A DNA stretch of 64,000 bases from Candidatus Latescibacterota bacterium (GTDB taxonomy: Bacteria; Latescibacterota; UBA2968; SICM01), in the NCBI GenBank assembly GCA_965217865.1, contig CBDCJO010000002.1, positions 192,001-256,000 of the forward strand, given 5' to 3'. A program made the position numbers and the translations under genes. The notes beneath the pieces are model-generated. The model made no database searches. It saw only the letters and a list, made by a program, of their open reading frames with translations, and had not been told where the DNA came from. Numbering within the stretch: the stretch's first letter is position 1; each line of letters begins with the position of its first letter. This document shows, in pieces, positions 56,089 through 64,000 of this stretch.

Positions 56089-56171
56089 GGTTAACACAGC
56101 ACTCCCGAGCTTCGGCCCATTCGGGCCTCCGCGAAACCCCGGCGGGGTCGGGAGTGCAGGAAACGTTAGGC
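56089..56171 (+). other. attC site
   Basis: GGTTAAC-acagcactcccg...cgggagtgcaggaaac-GTTAGGC. Confidence 0.9.
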
Positions 56172-56218
56172 GAAACTGGCGCTAAAGATTTCTTCAGCCG
56201 ATCTGAGAGGACTATTCT

Positions 56219-56818
56219 ATGTGGAATCCAGTAGATACGACCTTCTTCAGCAAGAAGCTTCCCGTTGAAATTGCGAATGTTTTTAATGAGTCCACTTCTG
56301 TGATGTTAAGGGGACTTTTGGAAGAACTGGGAGCCGTTGTTTTGGTTCATAACATCGGTTGTCCGCAAGACTTCCTTAAGATAATTGGGCAAGGCGAAGC
56401 GGTTGCTCCATATCTTATTATTGCTTGTCATGGGGACGATAACGGAATTGTTTTTGGTGACTATATGGAAGGCATAGATACATCCATGTTGGTCAAAGAA
56501 AGTATGCCAGCTGATTGCGTGGCGACTCACATTAAACTTCCCGGTTGTTTTGTGATAAACCTGGGTTGTGGTTGCGGAGACGAAAAGATGGCGCGAGCTT
56601 TTTTGTCTGGAGGCTTAAACGGATACGTGGGTACAGATCCTGACCCAGAAGCCTCAAACCATTCTCTATTTGTTGCCCACTTTTTCCATTCGATCATAGA
56701 TCGCAAGAAAACAGCCGTAGAGGCCTGGAAGGCTGCGGCATCCTACGACTCAGAGAGTCGATTATATCTGCTGTACGATAAAGAAGGAAGGCATCAGGCT
56801 CCAGAAGCCCTCACGTGA
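56219..56818 (+). CDS. Cassette protein with CHAT/caspase-like His-Cys motifs
   Basis: IIACHG...INLGCG; flanked by complementary R' and R'' boxes. Confidence 0.65.
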   Translation: MWNPVDTTFFSKKLPVEIANVFNESTSVMLRGLLEELGAVVLVHNIGCPQDFLKIIGQGEAVAPYLIIACHGDDNGIVFGDYMEGIDTSMLVKESMPADCVATHIKLPGCFVINLGCGCGDEKMARAFLSGGLNGYVGTDPDPEASNHSLFVAHFFHSIIDRKKTAVEAWKAAASYDSESRLYLLYDKEGRHQAPEALT

Positions 56819-56848
56819 AAACGAGCAGAACCCCAGCTTCGCCTAACA

Positions 56849-58478
56849 CATATTAAAGGCCCCGGGTCAAGAAAAAAAGACTCCTCCATCACGATTTTCA
56901 CCGTTTTTTTGCGACCCTAACGTTCGGGGCGTGCAATGAGCCGATCCGAAGAGGTTTGGCGATGTTCGGATCTTTGTCAGTCGTCGGTCTGACTTGATTT
57001 TCACAAACCGGGCTAGATGTGAGCCATCTGCACCAAACACGTATCGGGAATCAAGCGCCTCTCACGGTATACTGTGGAGCGCCCTGGGAGAGGCATTGTC
57101 CTCTCCCTCCAGAAAATAATCGGTACCCCTTGAGTCCCAATCAAGAAGGATGGCTGTTCTCCCCTTTTATGAGGGGGAACGCCAGTTAGGTTCGGGTTCA
57201 TCGCGGGGGCAGACGGACTGACTGTCTCAGATCCGCTCATCTATGTTCTAAATAAGGGGTGAAGGCGGCTTCCCAATCAAGCCGATGAGCTGGGCTATTG
57301 TCCGGACGTTGCCCTGCCAGTTAGGCGCCGGGTTAACCGCCCCACCCATTATGCTACAAACCGTTTCTCGTCGAATGCCTGGCCGTTTTTGAGCATTTGG
57401 TAGGCGGCCACGCCGAATTTGTGAGCGATGACGCTCTTGGCTTTTCCCGGACCTTGTTTGCTTTTGAGCTTCTCGTAGTATCTATTGATCGGTTCTGACC
57501 ATCGCTGGGCGACGAGGATGATTTCTGAGAAGGCCCACTTTAGGTGTGGGTTGCCGATTTTGTTATTCCCGTCCTTTGTCTTCTTTCCAGCGGACTCTCT
57601 CTCGACTTTGATCAGCCGGCTGTAGGAGGAGAAGGCTGAAGCGGATTTGAACCGTTCAATCGTGTGGATTTCATACAGGATGGTCATGGCCAACATCTCC
57701 CCAAGTCCGGGAACCGTCATCAGGATAGACAGGACATTGCGATCGTGATGTTTGGCCTGTGCCAAGACTTGCTTCTCGACTTTGTAGATCATTTTGTCCA
57801 GGGAGTCAACCAGGTCCAGATCGCAGTCCACAGACATACTCAGATCTGGGTCGGCCAGACGTTCGCACAGCTTTCTCCTGTTGCTCTTCTTTTTGACCTG
57901 GTCGCTGAGAGGATCCAGGATAGCTTGCTGAGAGAAGGTGTTCTGGATGTGGGTGTAACACTCAGCCCGTAAGGCCACAAACCGGTGTCTTCGCCGGAGC
58001 AGGTCCCGGGTTGCCCGCATCTCTTGCGGATAGGCATAGGCCATCGGGAACAGGTTGCAGCGCATCAGCTCAGCCAGCATTCTGGAATCGAGACGGTCGT
58101 TCTTTTTCTTGCCCCCATGGATCGCCTTCATATACAGGGCGTGTCCCAGGTAGAATGGAATCCCGGCCTTGTGACACCCGTCAGCCAGCCAGTACCAGTT
58201 GAAGGTTGACTCCACCCCGACGGCGATGCTACCGAGGTGAGTTTCCAGCACCTGCAGCAGGAGCTTGAAGTCGTTTTTCAGGTTGCGCTGGAACACAATC
58301 TCTCCCATCTTGTCCATGATGCAGACAAACATCGTTCTGGCGTGGAGATCGATGCCACAGAAATAGTTCGAGTCGATCCTTGCGTATTGCATAAGGCCCT
58401 CCTGTGGGAGAAAGGTGATTGAGATATCCGGATCTCAATTATAACCTCTCCTGACAACGAGGGCCTTTATATTAATAT
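56849..58478 (-). mobile_element. IS1111-type element B, copy 2, 1630 bp
   Basis: Apparently identical to copy 1; CA core on both sides. Confidence 0.9.
57349..58392 (-). CDS. IS110-family DEDD recombinase
   Basis: Protein identical to 42007-43050. Confidence 0.95.
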   Translation of the reverse strand: MQYARIDSNYFCGIDLHARTMFVCIMDKMGEIVFQRNLKNDFKLLLQVLETHLGSIAVGVESTFNWYWLADGCHKAGIPFYLGHALYMKAIHGGKKKNDRLDSRMLAELMRCNLFPMAYAYPQEMRATRDLLRRRHRFVALRAECYTHIQNTFSQQAILDPLSDQVKKKSNRRKLCERLADPDLSMSVDCDLDLVDSLDKMIYKVEKQVLAQAKHHDRNVLSILMTVPGLGEMLAMTILYEIHTIERFKSASAFSSYSRLIKVERESAGKKTKDGNNKIGNPHLKWAFSEIILVAQRWSEPINRYYEKLKSKQGPGKAKSVIAHKFGVAAYQMLKNGQAFDEKRFVA

Positions 58479-59269
58479 CAAGGCACTCCCGAACCTGAGT
58501 GACCTCCTTTGACCATTTTAATCGACAGACACACCCTTCAGGGTCGAGCGCATTTCAAGTATGAGGAAACCCGCGGGCTGCGTCTCAAGTCCTTCATTGA
58601 TCTTGTTTCGAATGAAAGCGCTGAGGCCGTCAACTTCACAGACGACCAGATCACGGGGGAATCTCTTTGTAATTGTGCTCTTCTCATCATTCCGACACGG
58701 AAAGTGAGGAATACGCGGCGATCATGCAATATGATGGCGGAATGACTCGTGAGGAAGCCGAAACTCAAGCTCGTGAGGCGAAGATGCTTGATGATCTCCT
58801 GAACCTCCCCCCGTTCGACCTGAAGGACCTCCCCGAACCTGCGCTTGATGATCTCCTGAAGGATCTCCTCATCCTGCCGGAACTCCCTGAACTCCCCCCA
58901 TTCGTGTGACTGTCGCACTCCACTGTTGCAACTCCACTGTCCCGCTCCACTATCCCATATACCCCCCACGGTCGCTTTTCTGAAGGTTCCGCATCCATTG
59001 CCCGGATTCCTGAATAAAGTCGCACACGGGGAGAATCCGATGCCCTGTGGGCGATTCCGGGGCAAGGGGGCCATCTCGTTTAAGGATCCCAGCCCATGAG
59101 GGGTCGCGGCTCCGCCGCCGGAAACCACATGGGGCCTCCTTCCAAGAAAAAGTGGAGGCAAAAACGTTGCGCGGGGCTATCCGGTCGGCGGATTCGGAAA
59201 CTCCGGCCCTGGACGAGGGGTCGATTCGCCGGTTGAAGGATGAGCTTTGCCGCCGCGAGCTTGGGCTGA

Positions 59270-59600
59270 GCCCAGGCTCCCTCCGATAAACCCGATTTCG
59301 TGGATCCCGCCCCCCACATCACGCCCATCGATACGACCGATCCCCGTATAGATCGCCGCTTTAAGACCGGTCTTTTTCCGCATCTGCTTAAGCCGTTCTG
59401 AATAGGATATCCGGTCCTTGAACTTGAGGAAATCCTTGGATTTGACTTCCCCGGCCACCTCCTCGAAGCTCCCTCCGTCGATAAGGAGTTCGAAGTACTC
59501 CCTTTGGCCGATCCGGAAATGCCCCCCGCAGTTGGGACAGGTTCCGCTACCCTGTTCCACCTTCCTTCGGAAAACGGACTGAGGGCATCTCGACCTTGAC
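59270..59600 (-). pseudogene. accD: Acetyl-CoA carboxylase carboxyltransferase beta subunit fragment
   Basis: CPNCGGHFRI...DFLKFKDRISYSERL...FIGGSLGS. Confidence 0.8.
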
Positions 59601-59935
59601 CAGCTTTGTAGAGTAAGACAATCTCTGGTCCAAAGAATGGAATTCCATCCTGCGTATACATAGTCAACGCGGAGATTTCCCGCTTGACGGCTTTGTTCCT
59701 TCGGAAAACCCATTCCGAATCGCTCTTCTCATTGAGCAGGAATTCTACTCCGTCGTTATCACTATCATAAGTGTGAATCTCATGAAGCGGTAGCTGCAGC
59801 CATTCTCCAGGCTGCCATATCCTCCGGCCCTCCTTTGTGGAGAGTTCAAGCCGCCACCCCTTTAGGATTCGCTGCAGTGCCAGTTGATCTTCTCGGAAGA
59901 TGGCGATCTCGATGTCAGTGTGATCGCGCGTCTGA
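59600..59935 (-). pseudogene. Aminoglycoside-nucleotidyltransferase-like fragment
   Basis: [14 protein letters not shown]...PEIVLLYKA. Confidence 0.65.
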
Positions 59936-60262
59936 TGCGTAACGAGCGTGTCCATCCGGGCCTCATACGCGCGGAAGAACCCTTTCGCCCCGCAGCCGTC
60001 AACGAGACCGCGTCCCCCGCCGTCACGAAGTCACGCTCGGAGACCATCTTCGTGTTCACCGCGCTCAGCACGGCCGAATCCGCGATCAGGGGCCGTAGCG
60101 GCTCCATCAGGTCCAGCGCCAGCGCCGGCCGGCCATGACGCGGCTGGTGATAGAAACCGATCATCGGATCAAAGCCGACGGCGTAGCAGGCGACGGTCAG
60201 ATCCTTCGCCAGGAGGCTATAGCCGAGCGACAACAGGGCATTGACGGGGTCACGCGGCGGTC
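59932..60262 (-). pseudogene. cas1: Cas1 C-terminal fragment (Cas4-Cas1/type I-G-like)
   Basis: [17 protein letters not shown]...[22 protein letters not shown]. Confidence 0.85.
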
Positions 60263-60930
60263 CCCATATGATCCTCTCCCCGGAACCATTCTCTGTTCGT
60301 CAGTCGTAACATGCTGTATTGAAAGGAGCTATCGTAATTACGCCCGCGCCGCAGACGCGGAAGACAGCGTCAAGACGACTTCCGCCCTTCAGGTCAAAAC
60401 AGCCACTTCTCCGACATTGGGATCAGGATATCCGGGTCGTCGTTACCCACGCTGTTCACCTTGGTGCTGACGGCACGCCTTTCGTAGGGGCCAACACAGG
60501 CTTCACGCATCAACTCGAGAAGCCGCGGTGAGGTCGTTGTCCACGTTCTGGACCGCCTCACGCTGTCGGAAGCTGTGGCGGAGGAACCGTTTAACCTGAA
60601 GAAATTCTACATAGTGCGGCGCAAATCTCAAATCCCCTCTTCCCACACCCGCCAAATCGCCACTCTTATCTTCCCCTCCATCCGCTCGCAGCTTCTGATC
60701 GCTCGGATCTGAAGCCTCCCTGGTTGACAGCTTCCGGCCAAACGGCTATATTACTCGATTGTCTGACTGCCCCTAATCGTCTTGGCTCCCAGTCTCGCGC
60801 ACCCCCGGAATGCAGTGAGGGGCAAGACCACGCTCGTCGAAACCGTGGCGGGCGCGTGGGGAGCATGAAGCCACGCCCTTCCGGGGGGCATATCGGGTTC
60901 TCAAATATGAACAGGGAACAGAAGCAGAGT

Positions 60931-63900
60931 ATGAAGCTGGAAGATCTCCAGGCCAATGCTGCGGTGCATGGCATCCTATCCGACTCCCTCGTCACGGTGG
61001 TCAGCGTGCAGTGGTTCGGCTCCGAAGCGCTTGAGTTGACGTACAAGACACCGACTGGAAAGGTTGCCAATGAGCTTCTGTACCGTCACGACGAAGCCCG
61101 GCTCGAGATCGTCGAAGTCGGCCGGCCATGGAGCTTTGACGGAGACGGCGCGCTGTTCCGCCTGGTCTCCGAGGCACAGCGGATCCGCCTGGCGCATCTC
61201 TTCGACCCGGTGCTGGCCGTGCACACTTCGGTTGTCGAGCCGTTGCCCCATCAGATCACCGCGGTCTACGAATCCATGCTGTCCCGTCAACCCCTTCGCT
61301 TTCTTCTCGCCGATGACCCGGGCGCCGGCAAGACGATCATGGCGGGGTTGCTCATCAAGGAGTTGATCGCTCGCGGGGATCTGCAGCGGTGTCTGGTCGT
61401 CTGTCCCGGCAGTCTCGCAGAGCAATGGCAGGATGAGCTTTACCGCCGGTTCCAGCTGCCCTTCGACATCCTGACAAACGACAAGCTCGAAGCCGCGCGC
61501 ACAGGGAACTGGTTCCTGGAAGCCAATCTCGTTATTGCCCGGCTGGATAAGCTCTCTCGCAACGAAGACGTTCAGCAGAAGCTGCAGGTTCCGGATTGCC
61601 GCTGGGACCTCGTCGTGTGCGACGAGGCGCATAAGATGTCGGCGACGTTATTCGGTGGTGAAGTCAAGTACACGAAGCGCTACCGGCTGGGGCAACTGCT
61701 GTCGAGTCTCACCCGCCATTTCCTGTTGATGACGGCCACGCCGCATAACGGAAAAGAGGAAGACTTTCAGCTCTTTATGGCCCTCATCGACGGGGACCGG
61801 TTCGAGGGGCGCTTTCGCGATGGCGTGCATGCCGCCGACGTCTCGGACCTGATGCGGCGCATGGTGAAAGAGAATCTGCTCAAGTTCGACGGCACGCCGC
61901 TATTTCCAGAGCGCATTGCCCACACGGTTCCCTACACCCTCTCGGAGGCGGAAGCCCGCCTCTACAAGGTTGTCACCGACTACGTGCGCGAGGAATTCAG
62001 CCGTGCGGAGGCGCTGGAGAACGACCAGCGGGCCGGCGCCATCGGCTTCGCCCTGACGATTCTGCAGCGCCGGCTCGCCTCTTCGCCGGAGGCCATCTAT
62101 CAGTCGTTGCGCCGCCGCCGTGAGCGTCTGGAGAGCCGGCTGCGTGAGCTCGAGGTGTTGCAGCGGGTTGGGCAGGCCACCATCGCATTTGCCGCCGTGG
62201 GATCGGAGCTCGACCCGGAGGATGTCGAGGATCTGGACGAGGCCCCCGAAAATGAAGTCGAGGCGGCCGAGGAGGACATTCTCGACCGGGCGACGGCGGC
62301 GCGATCAATCGCCGAGCTGAGGGCTGAGATTGAGACGCTCAAGAATCTGGAAGGTCTTGCGCTTGAACTGCGGCGAAGCGGCACGGACACCAAATGGCGA
62401 GAGCTGGCCAGCCTGCTCGGTGAAATCTTCACAGCAGGTGGGCTCGCCGGACAAATCATGGAGGTGGACGTTCCCGGTGCCGGCAAGATTCCCCGGCCGG
62501 CCCCGTCTCCGAAGCAAAAGCTGGTCATTTTCACCGAGCACCGGGATACGCTGCGTTACCTCGACAGGCGCATCCGGACCTTGCTGGGACGTGAGGAGTC
62601 GGTTGTTCGGATTCACGGCGGCATGGGCCGCGAGGACCGGCTCAAGGCCCAGGAAGCCTTCCGCCACGACCCGCACGTGCAGGTGCTGCTCGCCACGGAT
62701 GCGGCCGGCGAAGGCATCAACCTCCAGCGCGCCCACCTGATGGTGAACTACGATCTGCCCTGGAATCCCAACAGATTGGAGCAACGGTTCGGCCGGATTC
62801 ACCGCATCGGCCAGACGGAAGTGTGTCACCTCTGGAACCTGGTCGCGAATGAAACGAGGGAGGGCGACGTTTATCGCAAGCTCCTCGACAAGTTGGAACA
62901 GGCGCGGCAAACCCTCGGCGGGAAGGTGTTCGACGTGCTCGGCAAGCTCCACTTCGAGGGGCGGCCCCTTCGCGAACTCCTGGTCGAGGCAATCCGCTAC
63001 GGGGAACAGCCGGAGGTTCGAGCGCGCCTCACGACGACGGTCGATCATGCCCTGGACCGCGGCAGGCTTCAGGACCTCCTGGAAGAGAGCGCCCTGGCGG
63101 TCGACGCCATGGACGCGAGCCGAGTGCACCGAATACGCGAGGAAATGGAGCGGAGCGAAGCCCGCCGTCTACAACCGCACTACATCGAGTCGTTCTTTCG
63201 GGAGGCGTTCCAACGCTTGGGCGGTTCCGCCAAACAGCGTGAGGCGAGTCGCTACGAGATCACCCACGTTCCCGCACCCGTTCGGAATCGAGATCGGTTG
63301 ATGGGTATTGGAGAACCGGTCCTTCGCCGGTACGAGCGCATCGCCTTCGAGAAGTCTTTGGTAGCGCCGCAAGGACAGCCGGCGGCGGCGTTTGTGTGTC
63401 CCGGGCACCCATTGCTGGATGCGGTCATCGACCTGACGCTGGAACGACACCGGGATCTCTTGAAACGGGGCGCCGTGTTGGTCGACGAGCGTGACGAGGG
63501 CGACAAACCGCGCGTGCTCTTCTATCTTGAGCACGCGATCCAGGATGCGAGCCTGACGCGCTCGGGGGATCGTCGGATCATCTCCAAGCGTATGCTGTAC
63601 GTGGAACTGGATGCGGATGGCGTGACCCGCCATGTGCACTATGCGCCCTACCTCGACTATCGGCCGCTCGGTGAAGACGATCCCGGTCTGGAACAGATCT
63701 TCGAGCGGCCGCAGTGCGCGTGGATCGACCGGGATGTGGAAAGGAAGGCGCAGGGCTACGCTGTTGCGAACGTGGTCCCGGAGCATTTGGCGGAGGTGCG
63801 CGATGCGAAGTTGGCGTTGATCACCAAGACCGAAGTGGCCGTAAAGGATCGTCTCACCAAGGAGATCACCTACTGGGATCATCGGGCCGAGCAACTCAAA

Positions 63901-64000
63901 CTGCAGGAGCAGGCGGGCAAGACCGGAGCGAGGCTCAATTCAGGTGAGGCCCGCAAGCGCGCGGACTCGCTGCAAACACGTCTACAGAAACGGCTTGAGG
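60931..64000 (+). CDS. SNF2-family helicase (DISARM DrmD-like), continues past the window end
   Basis: [34 protein letters not shown] and EQRFGRIHRIGQ motifs; frame open to the end. Confidence 0.9.
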   Translation, partial: MKLEDLQANAAVHGILSDSLVTVVSVQWFGSEALELTYKTPTGKVANELLYRHDEARLEIVEVGRPWSFDGDGALFRLVSEAQRIRLAHLFDPVLAVHTSVVEPLPHQITAVYESMLSRQPLRFLLADDPGAGKTIMAGLLIKELIARGDLQRCLVVCPGSLAEQWQDELYRRFQLPFDILTNDKLEAARTGNWFLEANLVIARLDKLSRNEDVQQKLQVPDCRWDLVVCDEAHKMSATLFGGEVKYTKRYRLGQLLSSLTRHFLLMTATPHNGKEEDFQLFMALIDGDRFEGRFRDGVHAADVSDLMRRMVKENLLKFDGTPLFPERIAHTVPYTLSEAEARLYKVVTDYVREEFSRAEALENDQRAGAIGFALTILQRRLASSPEAIYQSLRRRRERLESRLRELEVLQRVGQATIAFAAVGSELDPEDVEDLDEAPENEVEAAEEDILDRATAARSIAELRAEIETLKNLEGLALELRRSGTDTKWRELASLLGEIFTAGGLAGQIMEVDVPGAGKIPRPAPSPKQKLVIFTEHRDTLRYLDRRIRTLLGREESVVRIHGGMGREDRLKAQEAFRHDPHVQVLLATDAAGEGINLQRAHLMVNYDLPWNPNRLEQRFGRIHRIGQTEVCHLWNLVANETREGDVYRKLLDKLEQARQTLGGKVFDVLGKLHFEGRPLRELLVEAIRYGEQPEVRARLTTTVDHALDRGRLQDLLEESALAVDAMDASRVHRIREEMERSEARRLQPHYIESFFREAFQRLGGSAKQREASRYEITHVPAPVRNRDRLMGIGEPVLRRYERIAFEKSLVAPQGQPAAAFVCPGHPLLDAVIDLTLERHRDLLKRGAVLVDERDEGDKPRVLFYLEHAIQDASLTRSGDRRIISKRMLYVELDADGVTRHVHYAPYLDYRPLGEDDPGLEQIFERPQCAWIDRDVERKAQGYAVANVVPEHLAEVRDAKLALITKTEVAVKDRLTKEITYWDHRAEQLKLQEQAGKTGARLNSGEARKRADSLQTRLQKRLE

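Larger units (their letters stand above)
56841..58495 (+). other. attC left part split by element B; right part lost after about 58495
   Basis: GCCTAA-CA-[IS]-aggcactcccga. Confidence 0.75.

Noticed and set aside
58770-58909. Short repeats as a degenerate CRISPR
   Set aside because: Irregular; explained by a low-complexity Leu/Pro/Asp peptide

Overview
Bacterial accessory or 'graveyard' island. EF-hand-like 'DLDGDGxIGFGDFL' tails and a zinc-peptidase/WD40 paralog family suggest a Latescibacterota/Gemmatimonadota/Poribacteria-like host (inference only). Apparently intact systems are a type I R-M operon (hsdM-TIGR02391-hsdS-hsdR), a HigBA toxin-antitoxin pair, a DrmD-like SNF2 helicase running off the right end, a GIY-YIG/degenerate-helicase fusion and several integron gene cassettes. 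About ten attC-like sites are scattered on both strands, and no integron integrase is present in the window. Most notably, two unrelated IS110-family elements sit inside attC sites, on opposite arms. One is present as two apparently identical 1630-bp copies; its 3' non-coding region holds two tandem internal-loop modules whose loops spell the attC R'' box (CCTAAC / CTTG), a candidate multi-target-loop bridge/seek RNA. The other has a reconstructable circle-junction promoter and a loop matching the R' arm. The rest is a mosaic of IS3, IS256, IS1182, IS4, IS200 and IS1595 remnants, a two-spacer CRISPR, and dozens of 50-500 bp gene fragments (cas1, cas3, accD, hsdM, hsdS, MmeI-like, SRAP, TcmP) joined end to end. 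All calls come from reading the sequence by eye; no searches or folding were run. Some single-base frameshifts may be sequencing errors.
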